Of a stretch of 64,000 nt of DNA, positions 29,844 through 39,766 are shown one piece after another. Position numbers and translations under genes: made by a program. Numbering within the stretch: the stretch's first letter is position 1; every line of letters starts with the position of its first letter. The DNA lies in contig OZ271918.1 of assembly GCA_965602015.1 (NCBI GenBank), forward strand, positions 3,776,001 through 3,840,000. Direction: 5' to 3'. The stretch is from Salinispira sp. Lineage in GTDB: Bacteria; Spirochaetota; Spirochaetia; DSM-27196; Salinispiraceae. The notes under the pieces are model-generated. The model was not told the DNA's origin. It was given only the letters and a program-made list of their open reading frames with translations, and did no database searches.

Positions 29844-30782
29844 ATGAAAAGACTCGTGTCCGTCCTCGGACTGTTCGTTATCCTGGCCTCCTGTCAGGAC
29901 TTTGCCGCGATGAAAAACCTCACGCCCCAGCCAGCCGCCGATTTGACCATCGAGCTGCTGGACCAGAGCGAGGTGGTTTCGGACAACTATTACGCGGCGG
30001 TGTTTTACACCAGCTTCAGCACCACCCATCCGGACTGGCTCGATTATCTGTCGGTCACCGCGGCGTTGTTTGAGCCCTGGGATGACGAGGGCACGTATGA
30101 AGATGTCTCGGGATTTGAGATCGAAAACGGCAATCTCAGGCTCACCCATCGAATGTACCCCCTGTTCCCCTCACAGGGAGAGTACACTCTTCGGCTCTTT
30201 GCCATTGATGAAGGTGAGCTGGCCGAGACCTACGACTATAATATGGACGTCGATGTGGACGGCAGCTCTTTGCCGGTATTCCCCCGGAATACCGACTACT
30301 ACATGCAGGGGTCTCCCTACATTCTCGAGCAGGTCAGTTCGTACTCGGTTGCCGTCGATGATGCCGGCGATGCCCTGTACTTCCAGCCCGCCGACTCATT
30401 CAGCGCGGGACTGGACCTGATATATTACATCGTTTTTGGAAACACCCTGGAGTACATGGCATTTCTCGGAGCCGACGATCTGCAAGTCGGCAAGTGGACC
30501 CGACTGGCTGTGAACGATCTCGTGCCGATGCAGCAGCTCAATCGCAGCATAGACCCGACGGAATTCAGGGCTGACGACGGAACCTGGATTGTTGAATCCT
30601 ATGCGACGGTTCTTAGCCGGGAGGATTGGGGCAATTTCTTCAGATCGGAAGTCAGACCGGCTTCCATTAGCGCAGAAGTTCCGCAGGCGGCAGACACCAT
30701 CAGCCCCTCGGCTTCGAGTCGGAGTCTCCCAGTCATTCCGCCAATGGCCGTGGAACTCCTCGACGAGTATCTGGGAAAGTAA
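29844..30782 (+). CDS. Hypothetical lipoprotein
   Basis: MKRLVSVLGLFVILASC lipobox signal; SD GGAG. Confidence 0.7.
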   Translation: MKRLVSVLGLFVILASCQDFAAMKNLTPQPAADLTIELLDQSEVVSDNYYAAVFYTSFSTTHPDWLDYLSVTAALFEPWDDEGTYEDVSGFEIENGNLRLTHRMYPLFPSQGEYTLRLFAIDEGELAETYDYNMDVDVDGSSLPVFPRNTDYYMQGSPYILEQVSSYSVAVDDAGDALYFQPADSFSAGLDLIYYIVFGNTLEYMAFLGADDLQVGKWTRLAVNDLVPMQQLNRSIDPTEFRADDGTWIVESYATVLSREDWGNFFRSEVRPASISAEVPQAADTISPSASSRSLPVIPPMAVELLDEYLGK

Positions 30783-30806
30783 TACCCGATTCTCAACCGC
30801 GAAAAG

Positions 30807-30848
30807 AAAAAACCGCGCACAGCCCTTACGGCCGCAGCGCGGTTTTTT
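30807..30848. terminator. Bidirectional intrinsic terminator between convergent genes
   Basis: AAAAAACCGCGC...GCGCGGTTTTTT, with an A-tract and a T-tract on either side. Confidence 0.7.
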
Positions 30849-30887
30849 TGTCTGTGCACCGCCGGCGTGCCGACGGCTCACCGGTGT

Positions 30888-31562
30888 CTAATACCGGTAA
30901 CGAAAACCGATCTGGGGATACAGATCAATAAGAAACTGATCCTGAATATCGCCGGCAGTGGGGAGCCAGCTGAAGCCGTAGCCCACCTCGACGGGAATCG
31001 AAAAGTGTTCAAACCCGATGATTTCAATTCCGATGCCGAATCCAAGGGTGATTCTGGGGGTGTAGTCTCCGACGGTCACCACGTCTTCGTACAGCGGATT
31101 GCCGCCCGAATCAAGCTCGCCGGTTTCCACCACATCATAATCCCGGGGGATGCGGCCGTCATGCATGATGCTGGTAAAAATATAGAGATTCCCCGCCAGA
31201 ATTTCCCGCCAGGCGTTGGAGTAGACCTTCCACAAATGGGTGAGGCCGACGTTGTAAAACAAGAGATCGCTTCCCCAGCTTATTTCAGGGCTGTACAAAG
31301 CGCCCGCCACGGCCTGCCAGCCCGTAGTGCCGTTTGTCTTGTGGTAGCTCAAGCCGATGCCGGACATGGTCCCGCCAAAAAAGCCCAGGGCCTCGTCGTA
31401 CAGCAGGTCCGGGGTCAGTTCGCTTGGTTCCGGGGGTCCAGCCGCCCTTGGCTGGTTCTCCTTGGGGTCGCTTTCGGCGAAGACGATGCCGGATGCAAAA
31501 ATTACGAAAAATAAAAAAACACACAAAGCGCGGCGATGTGTTATTCGCCCTCTCTTCAACAT
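30888..31562 (-). CDS. Hypothetical exported / outer-membrane beta-barrel-like protein
   Basis: Signal peptide, alternating amphipathic strands, C-terminal GFRYRY; SD GGAGG. Confidence 0.6.
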   Translation of the reverse strand: MLKRGRITHRRALCVFLFFVIFASGIVFAESDPKENQPRAAGPPEPSELTPDLLYDEALGFFGGTMSGIGLSYHKTNGTTGWQAVAGALYSPEISWGSDLLFYNVGLTHLWKVYSNAWREILAGNLYIFTSIMHDGRIPRDYDVVETGELDSGGNPLYEDVVTVGDYTPRITLGFGIGIEIIGFEHFSIPVEVGYGFSWLPTAGDIQDQFLIDLYPQIGFRYRY

Positions 31563-31706
31563 GACGCCTCCCGAACAACATGAATTCTGTAATCTCGGAA
31601 ACAATACTATCCCGACGGCCAATGCCCGTCCAGCGGGACCTTTTATTTTATCGGAACAAAAACGAGAATGGAATTGTCAGGCGAGCAGAAAGCGAAAAAC
31701 TGACCT

Positions 31707-31839
31707 ATGCAATTGAATTTACTTCTTCGCTGCTATAAAGTGCCTATTGTTCAATAATTGAACAATAGACCCCTCCGGGTAGTGTGTTTCGGCCGCATTC
31801 GGGTTGTAAATCGTAGTATTTTATGAATGTCGACTTCGA
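31707..31839 (+). promoter_or_regulatory. Polysaccharide-operon promoter/operator/leader, copy 1
   Basis: TTGAAT-N17-TAAAGT promoter; palindrome TATTGTTCAA-TAA-TTGAACAATA at 31745-31767; 127/133 identical to 45395-45527. Confidence 0.8.
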
Positions 31840-32057
31840 GAAGAGACGCGTCTTCGCGTTTTCTCGCCTGGAAGGAGTCGGAATCTCTTGTATCCGTATC
31901 CGAAAACGTCAGCATGGCCCTCATTGGTTAAAGAACATGTCCAGGCCAATTGTGTCGAAGTCTTTTGCTGAGTAACAGTATTAAGAGATTATAGAAAACC
32001 TGTAGTTAGCTAATCCGGCCATTCAGTAACCAGGAATTTAGTAATAAAGGATTCATT

Positions 32058-33143
32058 ATGAAAAAAGCACTCATCACGGGAGTCACCGGCCAGGATGGTT
32101 CATACCTTGCCGAGTTACTGCTGTCCAAGGGCTATGAGGTCCATGGCATAAAACGCAGGGCTTCAAATTTTAATACCGATCGCATCGACCACCTGTACCT
32201 TGATCAGCACGAGACTGACGTGCACTTTTTTCTTCACTATGGAGATCTAACCGATTCAACAAATCTCATCCGTATAATACAACAGGTCCAGCCCGATGAA
32301 ATCTACAACCTGGGCGCCCAGTCTCATGTGCAGGTGAGCTTCGAAGTCCCCGAATACACGGCCCAGTCTGATGCCGTCGGCACTCTGCGGCTGCTGGAAG
32401 CCATCCGCATCCTCGGTATGGAGAAGAAGGTGCGTTTCTATCAGGCATCAACCTCCGAACTCTACGGAAAGGTGCAGGAAGTGCCCCAGAAAGAGACTAC
32501 GCCCTTCTATCCCCGGAGCCCCTATGGGGTTGCCAAGCTCTACGGATTCTGGATCGTGAAGAACTACCGCGAGTCCTACGGAATGTATGCCTGTAACGGC
32601 ATACTGTTTAACCACGAAAGCCCCCGCAGGGGTGAGACCTTTGTTACCCGTAAGATCACCCGGGCCGCAGCCCGCATTTCCCTGGGGCTACAGAAGAAGC
32701 TGTATCTGGGCAATATGAACGCCTTGAGGGACTGGGGGTTCGCCGGTGATTACGTGGAAGGCATGTGGCTGATGCTCCAACAGGATGGGCCTGAAGATTA
32801 TGTCCTTGCTACCGGCGAAATGACCAGCGTGAGGGATTTTACTGCTATGGCCTTTGCCCGCGCAGGGATCGAACTGGAGTTCAGCGGCCAGGGCGTGGAT
32901 GAAAAGGGCCGAAACAAGGCAAACGGGGACGTCCTGGTCGAGGTCGATCCTCGCTATTTCCGACCGGCCGAAGTAGAGCAGCTTTTAGGAGATCCGACCA
33001 AGGCGAGGAATGAACTCGGTTGGGAACCCCGGGTAAAGTTGTCCGGGCTCGTGGAGATGATGGTGGATGCTGACATCGAAGCAGCCCGGAAAGACGTGCA
33101 TCTGCAGGATGGCGGATTCGAAGTGAAGGAATACAATGAATAA
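32058..33143 (+). CDS. gmd: GDP-mannose 4,6-dehydratase
   Basis: [38 protein letters not shown] and [17 protein letters not shown] motifs. Confidence 0.97.
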   Translation: MKKALITGVTGQDGSYLAELLLSKGYEVHGIKRRASNFNTDRIDHLYLDQHETDVHFFLHYGDLTDSTNLIRIIQQVQPDEIYNLGAQSHVQVSFEVPEYTAQSDAVGTLRLLEAIRILGMEKKVRFYQASTSELYGKVQEVPQKETTPFYPRSPYGVAKLYGFWIVKNYRESYGMYACNGILFNHESPRRGETFVTRKITRAAARISLGLQKKLYLGNMNALRDWGFAGDYVEGMWLMLQQDGPEDYVLATGEMTSVRDFTAMAFARAGIELEFSGQGVDEKGRNKANGDVLVEVDPRYFRPAEVEQLLGDPTKARNELGWEPRVKLSGLVEMMVDADIEAARKDVHLQDGGFEVKEYNE

Positions 33144-34098
33144 TGCGGCAATGAGAAAGGATGGCAAAATCTACATCGCCGGACATCGGGGCATGGTCGG
33201 GTCCGCCGTTGTTCGTGCTCTGGAAGCCCGGGGTTACGGCAACATCGTAACCCGGACCAGCGCCGAACTGGACCTGAGCCGGCAGGCAGCTGTTGAGGAT
33301 TTTTTCAGTTCGGAAAAACCCGAATATGTTTTTCTGGCTGCTGCCCGAGTGGGCGGTATTATGGCGAACAAGACTCACAAGGCGCAGTTTTTCTACCAGA
33401 ACGCTATGATAGCGCAGAACGTCATTCACGCTGCCTATCTGAACGGGGTGGAAAAACTGATGAACCTCGGCTCTTCCTGCATCTATCCGAAATTGGCTCC
33501 CCAGCCCCTCAAAGAAGAGTATCTCCTCACCGGCCCTCTTGAAGAGACGAACGACGCCTACGCCATTGCCAAAATATCGGCGATCAAGATGTGCCGCTAT
33601 TATAACGAGCAATACGGAACGAATTTCCTGTCGGCCATGCCGACCAACCTTTACGGCTATGGAGATAACTACGACCTTCAGTCTTCCCACGTGCTTCCGG
33701 CCATGATCCGCAAATTTCACGAGGCAAAGGAAAACGGCACATCCGTCACCCTCTGGGGCGACGGATCGCCCCTGAGAGAATTTATGTTCGCCGATGACCT
33801 GGCCGATGCCCTGGTTTATCTCATGGAAAACCATCAAGCCGCCGAGCTCGGCGAATTTATAAACGTCGGCACCGGCAGCGATTTGAGCATAAAAGCTCTG
33901 GCGGAGCTGGTCGCAAAAGTCGTCGGATATTCCGGCGGTATCGCCTGGGACATTAAAAAACCCAACGGTACGCCCCGGAAGCTCATGGATTCGGGGCGGC
34001 TGAACAGCCTGGGGTGGCAGGCGCGCACCGGCCTGGAAGAGGGAATCGGGTTGGCGTATGCCGATTTTCGGGCGGTTCTAACGGGAATCGGTAAATAG
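33136..34098 (+). CDS. fcl: GDP-L-fucose synthase
   Basis: [35 protein letters not shown] and SHVLPA motifs. Confidence 0.96.
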   Translation: MNNAAMRKDGKIYIAGHRGMVGSAVVRALEARGYGNIVTRTSAELDLSRQAAVEDFFSSEKPEYVFLAAARVGGIMANKTHKAQFFYQNAMIAQNVIHAAYLNGVEKLMNLGSSCIYPKLAPQPLKEEYLLTGPLEETNDAYAIAKISAIKMCRYYNEQYGTNFLSAMPTNLYGYGDNYDLQSSHVLPAMIRKFHEAKENGTSVTLWGDGSPLREFMFADDLADALVYLMENHQAAELGEFINVGTGSDLSIKALAELVAKVVGYSGGIAWDIKKPNGTPRKLMDSGRLNSLGWQARTGLEEGIGLAYADFRAVLTGIGK

Positions 34099-34895
34099 TG
34101 TTTATTTTGCAATTCATACGGAGTATTGGTCGTAACCGCCAGGTGATCTTCGAGTTAACGAAGAGGGAATTCCAGTCAAGTTACATTCAGAATCTTCTTG
34201 GTCTGACCTGGGCCGTGGTTGAACCACTCGTTATGATGCTGATTTTCTGGGTTGTCTTCGGTCTCGGTATGAGGAGTGGGCTCGAACTCGATATTCCTTT
34301 CGTGGTGTACCTGATTACCGGGCTTGTTTTATTTCTTTTCTTTAATGAGACGGTGATACAATCCGCCGCATTGATGAAGCAGTATTCCTTCCTTGTGAAG
34401 CGGGTTAATTTTGATCTGTCACTGCTCCCACTAATAAAGATCTTGAGTAAATCGATCCTTCATCTTTTAGTTATAGCGGCAATGGTACCTATTCTATTAC
34501 TTAATGGTATTATTCCGAGTCTGTTCTGGATTCAGATTATCTATTATCTGTTCGCGGCAAGCATGTTGATGTTGGGTGTTTCATGGATGATTTCCTCAAT
34601 CTACCTGTTTATCCCCGACATACAAAACCTCGTCAAAATCATTATGCGTGTGCTTATGTATCTTACACCGATATTTTGGGTGCTCGAAATTTTTCCCGCA
34701 AAGTACCATTGGATTTTCAAGTTGAATCCTCTGTACTATCTGGTAACCGGCTATCGGGATTCGCTGGTATACGGCCGCTGGTTTTTTGCCGACCCACCAC
34801 AATTATTATATTTTTGGGCCTTCACTCTTGTCATGCTTCTGATCGGAGGAATGACATATAGATTGCTCAAGCCTCATTTTGCCGATGTGATATAG
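34098..34895 (+). CDS. wzm: Polysaccharide ABC transporter permease
   Basis: Six TM segments; LGLTWAVVEPL, YLTPIFW and LNPLYY motifs; C-terminal HFADVI. Confidence 0.9.
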   Translation: MFILQFIRSIGRNRQVIFELTKREFQSSYIQNLLGLTWAVVEPLVMMLIFWVVFGLGMRSGLELDIPFVVYLITGLVLFLFFNETVIQSAALMKQYSFLVKRVNFDLSLLPLIKILSKSILHLLVIAAMVPILLLNGIIPSLFWIQIIYYLFAASMLMLGVSWMISSIYLFIPDIQNLVKIIMRVLMYLTPIFWVLEIFPAKYHWIFKLNPLYYLVTGYRDSLVYGRWFFADPPQLLYFWAFTLVMLLIGGMTYRLLKPHFADVI

Positions 34896-34901
34896 GAATC
34901 T

Positions 34902-36299
34902 ATGGACAAACAAGACGTCGTGCAAATCAAGAACATTACTAAGATCTACCACCTGTATCGTAAAAAGCAGCACAGGCTCATCGAGGCGATACACCCGTTG
35001 AGGAAGAAATATCATCGGGACTTTCATGCGCTTCGGAACATTAACCTGAACGTAGCAGAAGGGGAGATAGTCGGCATCGTCGGGCGGAACGGTTCCGGCA
35101 AGTCTACCCTCCTGAAAATCATCGCGGGCGTTCTGACACCTACGAGCGGACAAGTGCAGACAAAAGGATCGATAGTCGCTCTTCTCGAACTGACTGCCGG
35201 CTTCAACCCGGATTTCACAGGGCTGGACAACATCTATTTTTTCGGAGCCCTCATGGGGTATACAAAATCCGATATGGATGATTTGGTCGAGGAAATAATC
35301 GAATTCGCCGAGCTCGGAGATTTCATTTATCAGCCGTTGAAAACATATTCCAGCGGTATGAAAGCCCGGCTCGCTTTTTCGACTTCGATAATGATTGATC
35401 CGGAGATCCTGATTCTCGACGAGGTGCTCGCGGTTGGCGATGAACTTTTCAAACGCAAGTGTTACGCAAAAATCGAAGATTTATTCAATGCCGGGAAAAC
35501 CATCTTCTTTGTTTCCCACAGCGGCCAGAGTGTGAAAGAATTATGTACACGGGTGATCCTGCTGCATCAGGGTGAAATCCTGTTGGACGGGCCGTCCAAG
35601 CTCGTGGTCGATTACTATCAGAAACTCCTGTACTCGACGCCGGATACCCAGAAAAAGGTCCTGAATGAGATTGCTGAATTGAATGCTAATGAAAAACTCA
35701 AGCAGCTGGAATCCGTCGAGCATTTCGAGGATGACGGCTATTCGAGTACTGTCGGGCAGCCTGATGGAGCGGCAGCGGATAGCGCTGAATATACCTCCAA
35801 GTCTTACTACCTTGAAAAATTCATTCCCAAGAGTACCGTGGTGTATCAGAATTTCGATGTCGACATTCACAGCGCGAAAATACTCGATTCGAGGGGAATC
35901 CAGGTTAACCAACTCATTCCCAATAATGAGTACGTGTATTCCTACAAAGTACGCTTCGGAGAGGCGGCCGATAACGTTAATTTCGGGATGAAGATTAAAA
36001 CCCTGAAGGGCTTCGAAATAGTCGGCGGTTCGAACCCCGGTAAGCCCCATGTTGAACCGGGAATTGCCCGTATCGAAGGCGGTTGCGAATATGAAATCCG
36101 CTGGGAATTCCGCTGCGATCTATTCCCTGGTGATTATTTTCTGAACGCCGGTGTATTCGGAATAATCGATGGTGTGGAGACCTATCTGTGCAGGGTAATT
36201 GACATCACCGTTTTTCGGGTTCTCGAGTCAGGTTCCCGCTTGTTCACCGGCATAACAAACCTCGTATCAAATGTTGAGATAGCGGAACAGACAGGTTGA
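34902..36299 (+). CDS. wzt: Polysaccharide ABC transporter ATPase with C-terminal Wzt_C domain
   Basis: GRNGSGKS, YSSGMKARL, LDEVLAVGD and VSH motifs; C-terminal carbohydrate-binding extension. Confidence 0.92.
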   Translation: MDKQDVVQIKNITKIYHLYRKKQHRLIEAIHPLRKKYHRDFHALRNINLNVAEGEIVGIVGRNGSGKSTLLKIIAGVLTPTSGQVQTKGSIVALLELTAGFNPDFTGLDNIYFFGALMGYTKSDMDDLVEEIIEFAELGDFIYQPLKTYSSGMKARLAFSTSIMIDPEILILDEVLAVGDELFKRKCYAKIEDLFNAGKTIFFVSHSGQSVKELCTRVILLHQGEILLDGPSKLVVDYYQKLLYSTPDTQKKVLNEIAELNANEKLKQLESVEHFEDDGYSSTVGQPDGAAADSAEYTSKSYYLEKFIPKSTVVYQNFDVDIHSAKILDSRGIQVNQLIPNNEYVYSYKVRFGEAADNVNFGMKIKTLKGFEIVGGSNPGKPHVEPGIARIEGGCEYEIRWEFRCDLFPGDYFLNAGVFGIIDGVETYLCRVIDITVFRVLESGSRLFTGITNLVSNVEIAEQTG

Positions 36300-37534
36300 T
36301 CGGAATGGCACGACCTAATTTGTACATTCATTCTCTGTTCAAAACTGGCAGCACATACCTGTGGGGAAAATATAAATCCAATCCAAAAATAACGGCTTTT
36401 TATGAACCCCTTCACCATCGACTCTCTTCCGTGACAACCGATAATGTAGCCGAATTCGAAAAAGTCGACACAGTTAAATCGGTAATAAACAATTCTCAGA
36501 ATAAAGCTGATTTCGAAGTCTTCTTTGGGGAATATATGTCCTTCGTCGGTGCTGATGCTGGAATTACCGGCTTCGACGATTCGTTCATTCTCCGTGATTT
36601 TTTCCGGGTGTGTCATGACGATAGGTTCAAGGCCTATCTTGATATGCTTTCCCGCAGCGACAGGAAAAGGAAGGTGTTTCAGTTTAATCGGACATCCGCG
36701 AGATTGAATTGGTTTATCTCCCATTACCCGGCGGATAACCACATCTACCTTCTTCGCAATCCACGGGACCAGTGGCAGTCATCGGTAAAATCAAATTTCA
36801 ATTCAGTCTTTGAAGTGATGAATTACATGATCCTCAATATCGCCGAACTTCCGGGAGAGTTGCGCTGGCTTGAAAAATATGTACCGATGAAGCGTCACTC
36901 AGGATTGGCGACATTCGAGAGCCAGTTTCCGGTATACCGGAAATTCACTGAACAACTCACTCCCGAACAGAAGTATCTCATTCACTTCGCCTTGTGGCTG
37001 TACGGTTTGGCCGAGGCCCGGAATTGGAACGTACCGGTAATCGATATGAACGAGTTGAGTGAAAACGAGGTAAGCCGAAGGAGCCTGGAATCAGAAATGG
37101 GGAAAAAAGGATTCCCCGTCGATCTGTCTGACATTAAGTTACCCGCATACGATCAATACAGGCTTGATGCTGACGTCTTGTCTGAACAAGAGGATCTGGT
37201 GCTCCTGAATTTCAGTCGGATGCGTGCCGGTTTCGACCCCGCAGTAGTTGCGAACGGGTTGCATAAGGGCACCTCCGCCATCCTGGACAAATGCGACTAT
37301 GCTGCCCCGCTTCCCGATGCCCCCGCTGCGAGCAATCTTGGTTTGCAGCTGGAGGAGATGCTGAATAGCGTGCTCGAGGCCTATTCCCAGGTCAGCGCCA
37401 AGTACGAGGCGCTTAATCGACGGGCCCGAAAGGCTTTTTTCGACCTCAACCGAATGACCGGGTTGAAGGATGCAGCAGAACGCGAGATTGAGGAATTGCG
37501 GAAGCAAACAGGTGCTAAAAGGGGGCGTCGATGA
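36296..37534 (+). CDS. Sulfotransferase-family protein with coiled-coil C-terminus
   Basis: 5'-PSB-like HSLFKTGSTYL, FYEPL and 3'-PB-like LLRNPRDQWQS motifs. Confidence 0.7.
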   Translation: MIGMARPNLYIHSLFKTGSTYLWGKYKSNPKITAFYEPLHHRLSSVTTDNVAEFEKVDTVKSVINNSQNKADFEVFFGEYMSFVGADAGITGFDDSFILRDFFRVCHDDRFKAYLDMLSRSDRKRKVFQFNRTSARLNWFISHYPADNHIYLLRNPRDQWQSSVKSNFNSVFEVMNYMILNIAELPGELRWLEKYVPMKRHSGLATFESQFPVYRKFTEQLTPEQKYLIHFALWLYGLAEARNWNVPVIDMNELSENEVSRRSLESEMGKKGFPVDLSDIKLPAYDQYRLDADVLSEQEDLVLLNFSRMRAGFDPAVVANGLHKGTSAILDKCDYAAPLPDAPAASNLGLQLEEMLNSVLEAYSQVSAKYEALNRRARKAFFDLNRMTGLKDAAEREIEELRKQTGAKRGRR

Positions 37535-38790
37535 CCTCATCACGGAAGCTGATCATCGTCGATCCTATTTTTCGGGGTAGCCGTGTGTATTTTTCCTGGC
37601 TGGCCGCAGGTATGAATCAGCTCGCTGAGGGCGGTAGTATAGAAGTTGTCACGAGAACCGCAGCTGCAACCGAAGAATCCGAGCGATACTTTTCCGATAT
37701 CCCCCATGAAATTCACCAGGTCGCGAGGGTCCCGGAATCATTCTGGTATGGAAAGATTGAAGTGGATCAAATCAGGAAGATCATATCTAAGATCAGGGAG
37801 ATAATCTCAAAAGACGCGAATGCGTGGATCTACTTTTGCGGAGTGAATGAGCTTTATCCCCAACTTTACCGCCTGTTACTCAGACCGGAAAATAGGTTTC
37901 TTCGTCGGATACCAATGGTTCTCGTTGAATATGACGCAAAATATCTGTTCAATCAGTATACCCTGTTCCGTACCGGAAGATTTATGGGTGGCGTGCGGAA
38001 CTTCGTAAAAATCATGCGTCTGCGTAAGCCAACCTACCTTCGTTTTGCTCTGCGCAAGCGCATGCTCGCTGCCCGATTCCTTGGGAGGTTCACTAACGCT
38101 TCGATTGCAATTCTTGATGAGCGCATAATGGATGATCGCTTCGTAAAGGGCTCGCGTGCCGTTTCGGGATATTTCTTTTTGCCTGACCCGGTGCCTGAGC
38201 GCTCCGGAGCGGAAGGAGTCGAAACGAATCCATCCGTCTCATTCCGGGACATTCGTATTCTGGTAGTCGGTCTGCAGACATCCCGGAAAGGCCTTATCGA
38301 CATTGTGGAAGTCTGCGAACGGGGGAGCGCCACCGGCGTCAAATTTATTATTGTCGGAAGATTGGCCGAAGAGACAGAAGTTCTCCGTGATAGGATCTCC
38401 GCGCTTTCCGATCACATTGAATTTCACGAAGGCTTCTTTCAGGAAGAAGACTTCCAGAAGCACTATCGGGAAGCGGACTATGTCATTCTCCCCTATGATA
38501 CGAGTTTCGAAGGATCAAGCGGTGTGATGTCCTATGCCGCGCTGTACGCAAAGCCCCTGGTGACCAGCGAACACGGCTGTATAGGGTACAGGGTCGGTCG
38601 ATTCGATCTGGGATTTACCTATAGAAGCAGAAATGTAGATCAGTTGCAGGCGACCCTTGCACAAATTCCAGAGCCGGATGCTCCTGAGTACCGACGGCTG
38701 CAGGAAAATATGAAAGAATTCTACGCGACACATACCATCGAGATGCACAGGGAAGTCTTGGCGTCCCGGTTCGTCAAACTCGGCGGTTAA
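37531..38790 (+). CDS. GT-B glycosyltransferase
   Basis: PDP, GLQTSRKG and ADYVILPY...GSSGVM...KP motifs. Confidence 0.75.
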   Translation: MTSSRKLIIVDPIFRGSRVYFSWLAAGMNQLAEGGSIEVVTRTAAATEESERYFSDIPHEIHQVARVPESFWYGKIEVDQIRKIISKIREIISKDANAWIYFCGVNELYPQLYRLLLRPENRFLRRIPMVLVEYDAKYLFNQYTLFRTGRFMGGVRNFVKIMRLRKPTYLRFALRKRMLAARFLGRFTNASIAILDERIMDDRFVKGSRAVSGYFFLPDPVPERSGAEGVETNPSVSFRDIRILVVGLQTSRKGLIDIVEVCERGSATGVKFIIVGRLAEETEVLRDRISALSDHIEFHEGFFQEEDFQKHYREADYVILPYDTSFEGSSGVMSYAALYAKPLVTSEHGCIGYRVGRFDLGFTYRSRNVDQLQATLAQIPEPDAPEYRRLQENMKEFYATHTIEMHREVLASRFVKLGG

Positions 38791-38804
38791 CCTATGGAGG
38801 TATA

Positions 38805-39761
38805 ATGAAAAAAATCCTAATTTTTGACACGGCGGTTGCTTCGAAGAATATGGGCGACCAAATCATAATGGATGCGGTAAATACTCAGTTACGGAGAATT
38901 TTCCCCAAAGATTTCTTCCTTAACGTTCCGACCCATGATTATATCGATAAGCATGGCTATCAGCTTGCCCGCGAGGCTTCATATATTTTCGTCGGCGGGA
39001 CCAATCTGCTGACTGCGAAAATGAATATATACAATCAATGGAGAATCGATCTTCGTGATTTTTTCAAACTTCGGAATGCAGTGCTCATGGGCGTTGGCTG
39101 GTGGCAGTACCAAACAGAGGCGAATTTGTATACCCGTATCCTTATGAGAAAAGTACTCTCCAATCGCTTCATCCATTCTTTGCGTGACGAATACACCGTG
39201 CAGCGCTTCACGAAGCGAATACTCCCGAAGGCTCTGAATACCGGTTGCCCGACGATGTGGGATCTAACCGAGGATCACTGTCGCTCGATTCCCACTGAAA
39301 AGGCCGAGAATGTCGTATTCACGATCACAGATTATAAGCCTAATCCCGAAAAGGATATGGAGCTCTATAATGCATTGAAGGCTAATTACGGGAAGGTGTA
39401 TCTCTGGATTCAGGGGTCGCAGGACTACGTGTACGCCAAGCGCTTTCTCCCCCTTGATGAAATCGAAATCATCGAACCTTCGCTGAAGGGGTATGACGAG
39501 CTTCTCGCCAGCGATATAAGCCTTGATTATGTCGGCACCCGGCTTCATGCGGGTATTAGAGCCATGCAGCACCGGCGCCGATCGATCATAATCGGTGTGG
39601 ACAACAGGGCCACCGAGAAGAAGAAGGATTTTAATTTGCCGGTGATCGACAGGGCCGATGTTGCCGCCCACCTCGGGCCGGAAATCAGGAAGAAATTCGA
39701 GACAAAAATAGTACTGCCCCTAGAAGCCATCGAAAAATGGAAAAGCCAATTCACGGCATAG
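38805..39761 (+). CDS. Polysaccharide pyruvyl-transferase family protein
   Basis: NMGDQII, VGGTN, GVG, SLRD, GCPT and GTRLHAGI motifs. Confidence 0.8.
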   Translation: MKKILIFDTAVASKNMGDQIIMDAVNTQLRRIFPKDFFLNVPTHDYIDKHGYQLAREASYIFVGGTNLLTAKMNIYNQWRIDLRDFFKLRNAVLMGVGWWQYQTEANLYTRILMRKVLSNRFIHSLRDEYTVQRFTKRILPKALNTGCPTMWDLTEDHCRSIPTEKAENVVFTITDYKPNPEKDMELYNALKANYGKVYLWIQGSQDYVYAKRFLPLDEIEIIEPSLKGYDELLASDISLDYVGTRLHAGIRAMQHRRRSIIIGVDNRATEKKKDFNLPVIDRADVAAHLGPEIRKKFETKIVLPLEAIEKWKSQFTA

Positions 39762-39766
39762 CACCA

